Sequence record: OM386653.1
DNA: 64,000 nucleotides
Direction: 5' to 3' (one strand)
Source: Escherichia phage vB_EcoM_ESCO8
In this document: positions 17,235-27,693 of the stretch, one piece after another
How the letters are laid out: each line of letters opens with the position of its first letter
Position numbering within the stretch: position 1 is the stretch's first letter
Notes under the pieces: generated by a model
Database searches by the model: none
Told to the model about the DNA's origin: nothing
What the model saw: only the letters and a program-made list of their open reading frames with translations
Program-made: the position numbers and the translations under genes

Positions 17235-17659
17235 CACAACAAATCCAAGATAAATTTAATGAACTCTATCCAGCAAGCGAAAGCGGCACTCATAACGTGC
17301 GTAAATCGCTCTATAACGTCTTTAAAGCAGGATGGGAGGCTTGCCTTCAGGCTCAAGAAAAACCAGCGTTAGGGACGCGTAACGGCTTTTATATCCCGAT
17401 TGTTGAAAGCGAGGAAGGATGGGGTAGCAAATATGATGGCTATATGGTAGGATTCACCATAGAAGATCTTGAAGAACGCCGTAAAGTCTTTGAGGCAGCT
17501 AATACAGAAAAGTATGGCTACTATTATGAACGACCTATTCGTTACACTCCTGTTGTGCTTAGTCCTAAAGCTGTTGAAACAATGTCTGCAACAGAAAAAG
17601 AAAGGACTCGCCATTGTGTATGGTTTGATGATATTGACGATTTTCGATTTGGAGAATAA
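17231..17659 (+). CDS. hypothetical protein
   Basis: ORF track 142 aa. Confidence 0.55.
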   Translation: MTQQIQDKFNELYPASESGTHNVRKSLYNVFKAGWEACLQAQEKPALGTRNGFYIPIVESEEGWGSKYDGYMVGFTIEDLEERRKVFEAANTEKYGYYYERPIRYTPVVLSPKAVETMSATEKERTRHCVWFDDIDDFRFGE

Positions 17660-17662
17660 TTT

Positions 17663-17935
17663 ATGAAAAATAAACACCCTTACTATCAACTATTGCATGT
17701 ACTGCGCCGATTGCGCAATAAGCAGATTGAAGATTTCCGTCACTTCAAGCGTGATCGTGTGAATCGTCAATGGATGGATCATCGTTTCTTCTCTTTAACT
17801 GTACGTAAGTTCCGTGAAGAGATTAAGAAGACAGACCAGGTAATTGCAGGTGCTAAACGTGCAATCTCTATGTCAAAAATCACAGGTGTAAATCATATGT
17901 ACGACTTCAAAACAGACTCTGTTGTACCTATGTAA
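17663..17935 (+). CDS. hypothetical basic protein
   Basis: ORF track 90 aa. Confidence 0.5.
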   Translation: MKNKHPYYQLLHVLRRLRNKQIEDFRHFKRDRVNRQWMDHRFFSLTVRKFREEIKKTDQVIAGAKRAISMSKITGVNHMYDFKTDSVVPM

Positions 17936-18099
17936 AAGTATTTTGTAAAGTTTTGTGGAGAGTATTGACTTTTTCAGAAAAACATGCTACCCTAAACCTG
18001 AAAGGTGACGAGCGAAGCGAGTTAGTATTCTCTATAGATATTGTTCCTGTCACTCATGGAGGGGCAGGAACAGAGTATATTACTGTATAGGAGAATACT

Positions 18100-18366
18100 A
18101 TGGATGTTACTACACTAAGGTTTATACTTCTCTTCTTACTTATAGTTATAGGATTAATTGTTATACCCTATCTATATGTCTACATGTTATCTCGTAAGTA
18201 TGGTTATGATCGTATACCATTTTACTATTTAATACCTGTCTTAGTTATCTATCTATTTCTCTTTTGTAGATATTGTCCTGAACTAGTTCCTGAACACTGG
18301 AAGTTAGAACCTGTTGAAGTTTACCATTGTGAATGGAAGACAGAGTACAGATCTAACAGTAATTAG
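18100..18366 (+). CDS. hypothetical membrane protein
   Basis: ORF track 88 aa; two hydrophobic helices. Confidence 0.5.
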   Translation: MDVTTLRFILLFLLIVIGLIVIPYLYVYMLSRKYGYDRIPFYYLIPVLVIYLFLFCRYCPELVPEHWKLEPVEVYHCEWKTEYRSNSN

Positions 18367-18426
18367 TTATTGACTCTACCTACTAAATAATCTAGATTCT
18401 ATGTAAAATTTACTAAGGAGACTACT

Positions 18427-18591
18427 ATGCAAAACATTTCTATCACTAAAACAAAAAGATCTGTACCTAAACTTACTCACTCTACCTACCCTGTTATCAT
18501 CCGAAAAGGAAAAGAATGGATTAAAGATGATCATGGTGGTTATGTAGAAGTGTCAAAGCTGAAAGAAGCAGAAGTTAACTTTGTACGCTAA
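18427..18591 (+). CDS. hypothetical small protein (54 aa)
   Basis: Manually read ORF MQNISITKTKRSVPKLTHSTYPVIIRKGKEW... with TAAGGAG RBS. Confidence 0.35.
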   Translation: MQNISITKTKRSVPKLTHSTYPVIIRKGKEWIKDDHGGYVEVSKLKEAEVNFVR

Positions 18592-18601
18592 GGAGTAGAT
18601 T

Positions 18602-18883
18602 ATGACTGAAGAGTTTAAGCAATGGTTTGATAAAAACTTTCTACCCCATCTGTGGCCTAATGAAGAAGAACGTCAAGAGATGATGATCTACACTTGGCTT
18701 GCCTGGCGGGATGGCATCCGTAGCAAAGAAGCACAGGAAGAGGAACCTATTGCTTACATCTTTAAACATCCGGCAGGTAAGTTGTTTTGGGCTTTAACAG
18801 ACGAAAGTAATAAAGATCACCATGATGTTATTCCTGTGTATGCCAAGAACAATGTGAAGGATCAATCAGATGACAATGTATAG
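18602..18883 (+). CDS. hypothetical protein
   Basis: ORF track 93 aa. Confidence 0.5.
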   Translation: MTEEFKQWFDKNFLPHLWPNEEERQEMMIYTWLAWRDGIRSKEAQEEEPIAYIFKHPAGKLFWALTDESNKDHHDVIPVYAKNNVKDQSDDNV

Positions 18884-19352
18884 CATATGGGGTAGAATGG
18901 GTGAAGACCATGACTACTATTGCTTGAAAAGTAACGTTGAACAGGTAGATGTTGATCAAATTATAAAGCACTACCTGAAAACATGGCGTGAGGTGGAGTT
19001 TAGAGAGTTCGCTATCCTCCATAGTCAAGAAGGAGAAAAGGAGATAGACATGAGTACACTAACTAAAGCAGTACAAACGCATAAAGAATATGAGGAAGCA
19101 GTTAAAGATGAAGTAAACCCTACTTCACTGACCTTCGAAAACCTTACCCCTTTGTTTTGGTCATATGATGGTAATGAAATCCTTACACATCATACACCAG
19201 AGGCTGTTAAAAATTGGGAAGGCTGTTGTAATTCCTATGAGGTACGGTATGTTGTAGAAGAAGATGATACGTACATTATGTTCCGCATAGATAACGGTTG
19301 TGGTGATCAATGGGATATTGTTCTTTCTAAACATTTGCAATTGGGTGGTTAA
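18870..19352 (+). CDS. hypothetical protein
   Basis: ORF track 160 aa. Confidence 0.55.
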   Translation: MTMYSIWGRMGEDHDYYCLKSNVEQVDVDQIIKHYLKTWREVEFREFAILHSQEGEKEIDMSTLTKAVQTHKEYEEAVKDEVNPTSLTFENLTPLFWSYDGNEILTHHTPEAVKNWEGCCNSYEVRYVVEEDDTYIMFRIDNGCGDQWDIVLSKHLQLGG

Positions 19353-19353
19353 A

Positions 19354-19716
19354 ATGCTAAAGTACCTGATGATTACTTGGTTATGTTTACTTTCATTTGC
19401 TGGACATGCAACAGAAGGTTTTAAACTTGGTGCTGACGGTACTAAATTCTTTACATATTGGGGTGGGAAAGCCTTATACCAAGAAGAAAAGAATAGCATA
19501 GAATGTACGGTTAGTAAGAAGATTAAATCAGTAGATCAATATGGGGATGCCTATACTGGTGTAGGTTTTAACTGTGGAAAAGATTTATTTCTATTTGTTA
19601 AAAAGTATTTAGATGTTAACCTTGTATTGCTTATTGTTGTAGATCCTGCTAAGTTTGAAGAGCGTAAAGCATATCGTGCAGATATGTTCCTAGAATATGA
19701 TGATAAGGAGAAATAA
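19354..19716 (+). CDS. hypothetical secreted protein
   Basis: ORF track frame trimmed to MLKYLMITWLCLLSFAGHA signal-peptide start. Confidence 0.5.
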   Translation: MLKYLMITWLCLLSFAGHATEGFKLGADGTKFFTYWGGKALYQEEKNSIECTVSKKIKSVDQYGDAYTGVGFNCGKDLFLFVKKYLDVNLVLLIVVDPAKFEERKAYRADMFLEYDDKEK

Positions 19717-20067
19717 ATGCTTGATGTAACTATTAATGGTGTTAAATATATTCCTTACGTAGAGAAAAGCAATCCTGATGCCCTGGATGTTATGTTTGAG
19801 GATTCAGATCTTGGTACTGTCACTGTACGGGAATATTTCCGACAACTACTCTCTACGTTATGGAGAGAAGAAGAGTGTTTTAATGGTAAACGTCCATTTG
19901 GTAACTCATGCTGGCAATTTGATATGATCCGCGCCTTAATTGAGGCAGGGTATATTGAAGGTACAGTTGTGTACGATGAAGATGGATATCCAGAAGAGAC
20001 TGACTACGACAGTAAAGAAGCTAATAAATTTATACAGGGCTTGATTGCACAGATGTGTTTGGGTTAA
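19717..20067 (+). CDS. hypothetical protein
   Basis: ORF track 116 aa. Confidence 0.55.
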   Translation: MLDVTINGVKYIPYVEKSNPDALDVMFEDSDLGTVTVREYFRQLLSTLWREEECFNGKRPFGNSCWQFDMIRALIEAGYIEGTVVYDEDGYPEETDYDSKEANKFIQGLIAQMCLG

Positions 20068-20068
20068 T

Positions 20069-20455
20069 ATGAAAGTATTAAATTTTTACCACTTAGGTAA
20101 AGTAATACCTGAAGGTGCAGTTTACATTGGCAGAGCTATGCCTCATATGGGGTTAAAAGCCTCAAAGTTTGCAAATCCTTTTAAGTTAAAGGATGATGAA
20201 CCACGAGGGTCAACTATACAAAGATATAAAGAGTGGTTGTGGGAACAAATTCGTTGTGGTAAAATCACTCTTGAGGATTTGTTAGAATTAGAAGGGAAAG
20301 ACTTAGTTTGCTTCTGCGCACCTCAACCTTGTCATGGTGATGTGTTGGTAGCAGCGGTTGCTTGGGCTAGAACAGAGTGGGATAAAAGGCATCCTACTTA
20401 CACAGATGATTATTGGATTTGGGAGGATATTTATGAAGACTACACAAGAAATTAA
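20069..20455 (+). CDS. hypothetical protein (DUF4326-like, tentative)
   Basis: ORF track frame trimmed to MKVLNF; G.A.P.......S.F.NPF and CFCAP.PCHGDV motifs. Confidence 0.45.
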   Translation: MKVLNFYHLGKVIPEGAVYIGRAMPHMGLKASKFANPFKLKDDEPRGSTIQRYKEWLWEQIRCGKITLEDLLELEGKDLVCFCAPQPCHGDVLVAAVAWARTEWDKRHPTYTDDYWIWEDIYEDYTRN

Positions 20456-20798
20456 CGTATTTGATCTGTCAGGTTTAGATATGGAAAAAGCAACCCTGTA
20501 TCATCACGATAAAGATAACATTACATACATCTACATCGGAGCAGATAAATATAACATTCCTGAAGACTCCCTGGCAGTAATGAAGGAAGGGGATATGCCT
20601 TTGCAAGAGAAGATGATTGGTTTTTCCTTTCGTCAAGATGTTAAGATGGATGGTGTTATTGCTATCTTCCAGGTGGACGAGTTTTATATGGTTACTTTTG
20701 TAACACCAAATTTCACCAATATCAATGGGGAAGAGGCAGCAAACGATGTTATTGTTCTAACGTTGGGTAATGCCTTAAAAGATTTAGAAAACGTTTAA
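20433..20798 (+). CDS. hypothetical protein
   Basis: ORF track frame trimmed to ATG after GGAGG RBS. Confidence 0.5.
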   Translation: MKTTQEINVFDLSGLDMEKATLYHHDKDNITYIYIGADKYNIPEDSLAVMKEGDMPLQEKMIGFSFRQDVKMDGVIAIFQVDEFYMVTFVTPNFTNINGEEAANDVIVLTLGNALKDLENV

Positions 20799-20819
20799 CA
20801 AACCAATAAGGAAAATATA

Positions 20820-21335
20820 ATGTTTTTTGATGCTCAATCTCCACTTGTTGACTCTGTAAGCAGAGCGGTAATATATCCAGACTTTGATGAAAGAGAAATA
20901 TGGCTTAAGGAACACCACTATGATCCAGAAAATGTCAACTGGTGCAATCTGGATGTTGGTAAGTATCCGCGAGATAAGGGCATCTTGAAATATTATGCTT
21001 GCTATACGGTGGATAACATCTATGAATACTACGTGTTTCGTAGTTTGATTATCCATCTAAATAAATTGGGTGCTCTAACAGGGGATTCTCAATTTACTCT
21101 AGGCCACTATAAACCATTTAAGAAAGGTGGAGAGCACTTTCCAAGCAATTGGATTATACAAACATTAAAAGATAATTCTCGTGCTAGTGATGTTATCCCA
21201 GACAAAAAAGAAAAGTGGACATGGCATGAGCAAATGGAGTATATTATACAACATATGCCACAACGTGTATTGTATGAGGAAAAGTTGGTCAACCGTTGTG
21301 CCGAGTTAATACAGATTGTTAAAGGGTTTTACTAG
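20820..21335 (+). CDS. hypothetical protein
   Basis: ORF track 171 aa. Confidence 0.55.
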   Translation: MFFDAQSPLVDSVSRAVIYPDFDEREIWLKEHHYDPENVNWCNLDVGKYPRDKGILKYYACYTVDNIYEYYVFRSLIIHLNKLGALTGDSQFTLGHYKPFKKGGEHFPSNWIIQTLKDNSRASDVIPDKKEKWTWHEQMEYIIQHMPQRVLYEEKLVNRCAELIQIVKGFY

Positions 21336-21343
21336 GGGGAAAT

Positions 21344-21820
21344 ATGTCTAAACGTTTTGGTCGTAATCAAAAAAGAAAGTTAAGTGCTCAACTAGCAACT
21401 TTGCAAAAAGAGGTTAACACTTTACAAAAAAGTGTTTGTGAACTTAAGGAACAAAACCAACTTGAAAAAGAGTGTATCCAGCTTACACAGGAAGTTATTG
21501 GTGAGTATTTTCCTTCACTAGTTCCTAAGAAGGTGGCTCTTAGGGAAAATCTACCTTTTACTTTATCCTTAATGCAAGCAAATGATAGATTCCAAACTGA
21601 AACTGATGATTTGATGTTTGCAATGCATCAATTACATGGTTTAGAATATACAGCACAAGTGGATAAACTTCGTAACATGTTATATGTGCGGGTAGAAACA
21701 CCTAAAGGTGAGACAGTAGCTTTTAATTATAATTTCCAACAGCTACCTGATCATATTATTGAACAAATTTTAAAACGAGATTTTGTTCCTATGCTTGTTA
21801 AACAAATTAAGAGAGGTTGA
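21344..21820 (+). CDS. hypothetical protein (coiled-coil N-terminus)
   Basis: ORF track 158 aa. Confidence 0.55.
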   Translation: MSKRFGRNQKRKLSAQLATLQKEVNTLQKSVCELKEQNQLEKECIQLTQEVIGEYFPSLVPKKVALRENLPFTLSLMQANDRFQTETDDLMFAMHQLHGLEYTAQVDKLRNMLYVRVETPKGETVAFNYNFQQLPDHIIEQILKRDFVPMLVKQIKRG

Positions 21821-21821
21821 A

Positions 21822-23558
21822 ATGGCTAAGAAAGAGTTGAGCTTCACTCCAACAGAAGAGCAAACAGCTATTAAGGAGGCTTTTCCAGACCATCGCTTTT
21901 TAACTATCCAAGCTAAATCTGGATCAGGCAAAACGTCAACACTTTATTTGCTGGCTAACAGTACAGAAGATCGCATTCTTTACTTAGCTTTCAATAAAAG
22001 CATGGCAGAAGAAGCACGACGTAAGATGCCACTAAATGTAGAATGCCGTACATTGCATTCTATTTGCTATCAATTCCTGGATCATCGTTTACGTGCAAAA
22101 CTGTCACGACCAGAAGGACAGTATGTTAACGTTGCAGGTACAGGTAGCGAGATAGCAAAGAAATTTAAGATTAATAATCTTATTGATAAACGAGGGAAAA
22201 CACTTTTAACTCGTGCTATGATCGGTTTAATGATCAAGCAAACCGTAGGTAAGTTTGAATTTTCGGATGATCCTTTTATCAGCCGTAAACATTTTCCTAG
22301 TGTACATCTTGCAGATATTAAAAGAAAAGGTATTAACGAACACAAACTAATTACAGAAGTAGTTAAGTATGCAAAACAACTGTGGCGAGAGCGCATCGAT
22401 CCTAACACAGATACTTTGATGACGCATGACACCTATGTAAAATTGTTTGAATTGTCTGGTGCTGATCTTGGTTATGATATTATTTTTGGTGATGAATTCC
22501 AGGATGTTAACCCTGCATTCTTGTCTATTCTGCGAAATGCTAAATCTGCAAAACAAGTAGTAGTGGTGGGTGACGAATATCAGAGCATCTACCAGTTCCG
22601 TGGAAGCCAAAATATGATGAAGGAAACCTCTACATATGGGGCAGAGCTTCCATTAACTGCTTGCTTCCGTTTTGGCCCCAAAGTGGCAAACATTGCCAAT
22701 ATGATTTTAAGCGATAAAGAACCTTTGCGTCATCCTTTGGTTGGTAAAGGCTTTGATACTGTAGTAGGTAGCTACAAATCAGATGTTGTAGACTATACAA
22801 AACCTTACACTATCATCTTTCGCAAGAATTTAACCTTGCTTATGGAGGCAATGGATCGTATTGCAGATGGGGAAGAAATTATTATTAACGTAGATACCAG
22901 AGATTTTATCTCTATGGTAGATAGTGTTAATGCTCTTCGGAGAGGAGATATTGAGAAAGTAAAACATGAAACTGTATTACCTTACGCAGACTGGAATGAA
23001 TTTGTTGAGTGTGCAGAGGCTGATCCAGATGCTAAACGCTTGTTAAACATCGTAGTTTCTGGTAAGGCGAACACTATAGCACATACACTTAGAACGCATA
23101 GAAATTCTCCTACAGCAAAAGTCACACTGACTACAGCACACAAGTCTAAAGGTTTGGAGTGGGATCAGGTTATTGTTGCTAATGATTTTCCTTCCAACTA
23201 TGATAAAAAGACTGGTGAATGGATAGGACTGGAAGAGGCAGAGCGAAACCTACTGTATGTAGCGCATACCCGTTGTGTTAAATGCTTACAATGGAACACA
23301 ACCGTACAGGAGATTATAGATATCAACCGTGTTGCAACAGAGAAAGTACCAACAAGCACCACTTTACCGATCAATGGTATTAAACTTGGTGTATTTGGCG
23401 CTGGCACATCTCGAAAAGCTGTAGAAAAATTTGTTGCAGATTCTTTTGATGGTAACTATAATCATGCACAAGCATATGAGAGTTGGTTAGAGGAAGGTGA
23501 AGGTGATTTTTTAGGTGAAATAAATCTTTTACCAGATATAAATAAACTGGTAAACTAA
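21822..23558 (+). CDS. SF1 (UvrD/Dda-like) DNA helicase
   Basis: Walker A AKSGSGKTS, motif II GDEFQDVN, later SF1-like motifs; start at ATG after GAGAGG RBS. Confidence 0.7.
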   Translation: MAKKELSFTPTEEQTAIKEAFPDHRFLTIQAKSGSGKTSTLYLLANSTEDRILYLAFNKSMAEEARRKMPLNVECRTLHSICYQFLDHRLRAKLSRPEGQYVNVAGTGSEIAKKFKINNLIDKRGKTLLTRAMIGLMIKQTVGKFEFSDDPFISRKHFPSVHLADIKRKGINEHKLITEVVKYAKQLWRERIDPNTDTLMTHDTYVKLFELSGADLGYDIIFGDEFQDVNPAFLSILRNAKSAKQVVVVGDEYQSIYQFRGSQNMMKETSTYGAELPLTACFRFGPKVANIANMILSDKEPLRHPLVGKGFDTVVGSYKSDVVDYTKPYTIIFRKNLTLLMEAMDRIADGEEIIINVDTRDFISMVDSVNALRRGDIEKVKHETVLPYADWNEFVECAEADPDAKRLLNIVVSGKANTIAHTLRTHRNSPTAKVTLTTAHKSKGLEWDQVIVANDFPSNYDKKTGEWIGLEEAERNLLYVAHTRCVKCLQWNTTVQEIIDINRVATEKVPTSTTLPINGIKLGVFGAGTSRKAVEKFVADSFDGNYNHAQAYESWLEEGEGDFLGEINLLPDINKLVN

Positions 23559-23568
23559 GGGGGTTAAA

Positions 23569-23820
23569 GTGGCAGGGTATCATTTGAAGGAGATTAGCAA
23601 AGAGGAATATGGTTCTATTGCTAAAATTCAAGAAGAGCTTTATGAACTTCAGGATGCTATTGATCAAGATTGCAAGCTGATGCAACTTATTGAGTTATCA
23701 GATATTGTAGGCGCTGTTGAAGGTGTTCTTGAACAGCATTTTCCTGATATGACGCTTCAAGATTTGATCACTATGTCGAACATTACTAAACGTGCATTCC
23801 GCAATGGAGGTCGCTCATGA
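23569..23820 (+). CDS. MazG-like nucleotide pyrophosphohydrolase domain protein (tentative)
   Basis: 83 aa, GTG start; IQEELYELQDAI ... ELSDIVGAV resembles the EExxE/D helix pair of small MazG proteins. Confidence 0.4.
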   Translation: MAGYHLKEISKEEYGSIAKIQEELYELQDAIDQDCKLMQLIELSDIVGAVEGVLEQHFPDMTLQDLITMSNITKRAFRNGGRS

Positions 23821-24389
23821 ATGTTGAAGTAATAGCCCAAGCTATTGATTACTATGGTCGGTTTGCACAAATGTTGGAAGTTCCATATCTCGTGGATGCT
23901 GATATACTGGTGTACACACTACCAGAAAATAAAGAGGATCGCCCATTAGGGCATCCTAACGGTAAATACTATGTAGCCAGTGCAGAACAATCTTTCCTGC
24001 AAATGGAGAAGGATGGTTTTGAATTTGCAGCAGGTAATCCTTATATGGCACTAACACCATGTTACCGTACAGAAGAAAATTTAGATGATACTCATTTCAA
24101 TATTTTCTTGAAATTGGAGTTGATTGAGTTCTATCCTGATGCTACAATTGAAGAGTATGCTAACTCTATGCGCTGTTTCTTCTCTACTTACTATGGAGTT
24201 AAAACATATTTAGTACCCACTAATATTGGGGTTGACGTAGAGGATGAATATGGTTTAGAATTAGGTTCATTCGGTATGAGGGAGTCTCCAAAAGGTCATC
24301 CTTATATCTATGCAACAGGTATTGCGGAGCCTAGGGCTTCACTGGCAATAAACCGTGTTGTAAATAAGATTCAAAGCATTAGCAAATAA
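23817..24389 (+). CDS. hypothetical protein
   Basis: ORF track 190 aa; weak class II aaRS-like motif (TPCYRTEE) not considered sufficient. Confidence 0.5.
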   Translation: MNVEVIAQAIDYYGRFAQMLEVPYLVDADILVYTLPENKEDRPLGHPNGKYYVASAEQSFLQMEKDGFEFAAGNPYMALTPCYRTEENLDDTHFNIFLKLELIEFYPDATIEEYANSMRCFFSTYYGVKTYLVPTNIGVDVEDEYGLELGSFGMRESPKGHPYIYATGIAEPRASLAINRVVNKIQSISK

Positions 24390-24401
24390 GAGGAGAATAG
24401 A

Positions 24402-24836
24402 ATGTCTATTGTGACACAAATGAAAGCAGATCGTATCTTAGCACGTACAACCGATAAGGGTGCTTTTGCTTTGTTAACTAATATTATTGGTGAGTTTGAC
24501 CTTGCTCGTACTCAAAAGGCAAATCTAAATAAATCAGAAGACGATATTATGATTAACATTGTTAAGATTGGTATTGCACACGCTAAAGAGGAGCTAGACT
24601 CACTTAAGAAAGTTAATGCTTCCCTTAGCAAATGTGAGCGAGCTATGCGTGATATCACCACTCTGGAAAAATATTTACCAGAAATGCTATCTGAAGATGA
24701 CCTTCGAGCGATTGCTGAAGAATTTGCCTTGACAGGCAAGAAAATGCCAGATATGATGAAACACCTTAAAGCAGAGTATCCGAATCAATATGATGGAAAA
24801 CTTGCTTCTACCATTGCAAAAGAAATTTTAAACTAA
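24402..24836 (+). CDS. hypothetical protein
   Basis: ORF track 144 aa. Confidence 0.5.
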   Translation: MSIVTQMKADRILARTTDKGAFALLTNIIGEFDLARTQKANLNKSEDDIMINIVKIGIAHAKEELDSLKKVNASLSKCERAMRDITTLEKYLPEMLSEDDLRAIAEEFALTGKKMPDMMKHLKAEYPNQYDGKLASTIAKEILN

Positions 24837-24853
24837 TTTAGAAGGAGAACATA

Positions 24854-25804
24854 ATGATTGCATTTTACGCTAATAAACTGGAAGTTAAAAAAGCAGCAGA
24901 AGAGATGGGTATCCTGCATATTCTTAACGAAGCAATTCACAAAAGTTTTGGTTACACGTCTGAAGCAGAAATCAATGATCTGATTCACAGTGTTAATGAC
25001 TTGTTCTTCTACCCTAACTTTCTACAGCAATTAGATGGTTGTGGATTTGAATATATGGAGCTTCATCCTGAATATACATTTATGGAAGTAACACCTGAAG
25101 GTTTTCTGGAGATTATTCGTACTGAATATCTTGCTAAAGAGGATAAAGAAAAAGATATGGCTGAAAAAGTACAACTGACTGTGCATAATACGTGTTTCCT
25201 GGATACTGAGGCCACGGAAGAAAATATTAATTACTTGCTTTCCGTTTGTAATCCTCATTGTCCACAACCACATTGGAAAAATGCAGATCATTATCTAATG
25301 TATTCAACTGAAGAAAACATTACTTTCTTCGATGAAAATAGTGGTATTAATGGTGCACATAAGAATTCTCCATATAGGAAAGATCGGTTTGTAGTTGATG
25401 TAAAAACATTTACTAAACTGTTTGAGGAGTATTATTCAAAAAATGAAAGTAAGACTGAATCTTCACCAAAACCACGTTTTCGCCGACCGCGTAAACCTGT
25501 GCCTACTCGTTCTGTAAGTTATGTTCGTATCATTTACACTACGCAGCAGGTATATACTCTTAAGAACGTAAGTACCCTTTCTGTACAAGAAGATGTAATT
25601 AATATTGTGCGTAATAATGTTATTACAGAGGGTATTGAGGAAAAGATTATGTCTGTTATCGATCCTAAACTTGTTATGGCAATCATTATTAATGAACCAA
25701 AAGGTGTAACAACATTGTTCCGAAATATTCATGGCACTTGGGAAACTCAAGTTGACGGTTTGACTTCTGATGGTTGTACACGTATTACCAAAAACCTTGA
25801 CTAA
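24854..25804 (+). CDS. hypothetical protein
   Basis: ORF track 316 aa. Confidence 0.55.
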   Translation: MIAFYANKLEVKKAAEEMGILHILNEAIHKSFGYTSEAEINDLIHSVNDLFFYPNFLQQLDGCGFEYMELHPEYTFMEVTPEGFLEIIRTEYLAKEDKEKDMAEKVQLTVHNTCFLDTEATEENINYLLSVCNPHCPQPHWKNADHYLMYSTEENITFFDENSGINGAHKNSPYRKDRFVVDVKTFTKLFEEYYSKNESKTESSPKPRFRRPRKPVPTRSVSYVRIIYTTQQVYTLKNVSTLSVQEDVINIVRNNVITEGIEEKIMSVIDPKLVMAIIINEPKGVTTLFRNIHGTWETQVDGLTSDGCTRITKNLD

Positions 25805-25852
25805 GATCAAGGACAATCTTACGAAAAAGATTTAAAATAAAGATCCACCCTA

Positions 25853-25880
25853 AAGCCAGCTTAATGCTGGCTTTTATTTT
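25853..25880 (+). terminator. Rho-independent terminator
   Basis: AAGCCAGC-ttaat-GCTGGCTT followed by TTATTTT. Confidence 0.65.
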
Positions 25881-25893
25881 CCACGGAGGATTA

Positions 25894-27693
25894 ATGACCC
25901 AAAAACTATATGAGGATGTAATCGGATTCCTCGAACAAACATCCGAAGAATTTACTCGTGAAAATGCAAACAAACCTGCAATGATTGTTAATACTCACCG
26001 AGACTTACTAGCAGGTATCCTAAGCAAGCACATGGCAATGACCCATATTTTACCGGAAGATCTGGCAGAATGGCATAAAAGTGGGTATGGTCACATTCAC
26101 GATTTAGATTATTTACTCTCACCTTTAACTAATTGTTGCCTGGTAAATTACCAAGATATGCTTGAGAACGGTTTCCGTATTGGTAATGCACATATTGAAA
26201 AACCAAAATCTATCGGTGTAGCGACTACTGTCCTAACTCAAATTATTCAAGCAGTAGCTTCTAGCCAATATGGTGGACAAACTTGTGCACATGTTGATAC
26301 TGGGCTTAGTCAATACGTTAAAGCAAGTTTTAATAAAATATATGCCGATGTTGGCGATTATGATATTGCTATGCGTATGGTAGATAAACAGGTCTATGAT
26401 GCAATGCAAACTTTAATCTACCAGGTGAACACTCTAATGAGTGTAAATGGTCAGTCACCTTTTATAACAATTAGTTTAGGTTTGGATACCTCTGCTTTTG
26501 GTAGAATGATCACTAAAAACTACCTAATGGTGCACAAACAAGGATTGGGAAAAGATAGGGTAACTCCTGTGTTTCCTAAAGTTATCTTCTTCTTGGAAGA
26601 TGGTGTTAACATGAAAGCTGGCGATCCAAATTATGATTTGAAGCAACTGGCAATGGAGTGTTGTGCTGAACGCATTTATCCTGATTTTATCTCTGTACCT
26701 TTAAACAAAGAAGTTACAGGATCTTCAGATGGTCGCGTCACAAGCATGGGTTGCCGTAGCTTCTTGTCATACTATGCAACAGAGCAAGGTGAAAAATATG
26801 ATGGTCGTTTCAACTTAGGCGTAGTTTCTTTAAACTTACCTATCATTGCAGCAGAGTCCCGTGAAAAGGGCATCTTATTTACTGAACTGTTGGAACAACA
26901 TATGGAGATGGCGTATAAGGCACATATGCTACGTGTTAACCGTATTAGACATACCAAAGCATCTCAAAACCCTACATTGTTTATGGAAGGGGCTTTAGCT
27001 CGACTAGAAGCTAATGAAGAGATTGGTAAGCTATTTGAAGGTGGTTATGCCTCTATTAGTATCGGTTATGTAGGTTTAGCAGAAGCTATGGAGATTTTAT
27101 ACCCAGGTAACACCAATCCAAAAGCAATGGGTAAAAACATCCTTCAATATATGAAGGATATCTGTGGCACATTTAAAGAACGTTCTGGTTTAGCTTTTAG
27201 TTTGTATGGAACACCAGCAGAATCCTTGTGCTATAAATTTGCCAAAGCATTAAATGATCGCTATCCTGGTTCTATTGATCGTGACTACTTGACAAACTCT
27301 TTCCATCAACCTGTGTGGATGCACACTACCCCGTTCCAAAAGTGGGATTATGAGGAAGGTTTTGCACAAATCAGTAATGGTGGGAACATAGGCTATGTAG
27401 AAACACCAAACCTTAAAAATAACTTGCAAGCACTGGAAACCCTTGTAGATTATGCCTACAACAAAATTCCTTATTTTGGCGTGAACCAACCTGTAGATCA
27501 GTGTTTCAAATGTGGTTTTCATGGTGAATTTAAGGCAACAGCTAAAGGCTTCGAGTGTCCAAGTTGTGGCAATCATGAGGAAGAATCTATATCTGTAATC
27601 AGAAGAGTGTCAGGATACCTGTCTGCCCCTAACTCTCGCCCTTATAATAAAGGTAAAATGCAAGAGGTATTAGAAAGGGAGAAACATTTTTGA
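25894..27693 (+). CDS. nrdD: Anaerobic ribonucleoside-triphosphate reductase (class III RNR)
   Basis: 600 aa; C-terminal Zn site CFKCGFHGEF...CPSCGN and glycyl-radical motif RRVSGYL; followed by nrdG. Confidence 0.85.
   Translation: MTQKLYEDVIGFLEQTSEEFTRENANKPAMIVNTHRDLLAGILSKHMAMTHILPEDLAEWHKSGYGHIHDLDYLLSPLTNCCLVNYQDMLENGFRIGNAHIEKPKSIGVATTVLTQIIQAVASSQYGGQTCAHVDTGLSQYVKASFNKIYADVGDYDIAMRMVDKQVYDAMQTLIYQVNTLMSVNGQSPFITISLGLDTSAFGRMITKNYLMVHKQGLGKDRVTPVFPKVIFFLEDGVNMKAGDPNYDLKQLAMECCAERIYPDFISVPLNKEVTGSSDGRVTSMGCRSFLSYYATEQGEKYDGRFNLGVVSLNLPIIAAESREKGILFTELLEQHMEMAYKAHMLRVNRIRHTKASQNPTLFMEGALARLEANEEIGKLFEGGYASISIGYVGLAEAMEILYPGNTNPKAMGKNILQYMKDICGTFKERSGLAFSLYGTPAESLCYKFAKALNDRYPGSIDRDYLTNSFHQPVWMHTTPFQKWDYEEGFAQISNGGNIGYVETPNLKNNLQALETLVDYAYNKIPYFGVNQPVDQCFKCGFHGEFKATAKGFECPSCGNHEEESISVIRRVSGYLSAPNSRPYNKGKMQEVLEREKHF

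Noticed and set aside
23817-24389. Class II aminoacyl-tRNA-synthetase-like assignment
   Set aside because: Only one short motif-2-like stretch (TPCYRTEE) was seen, which is insufficient; left as hypothetical.
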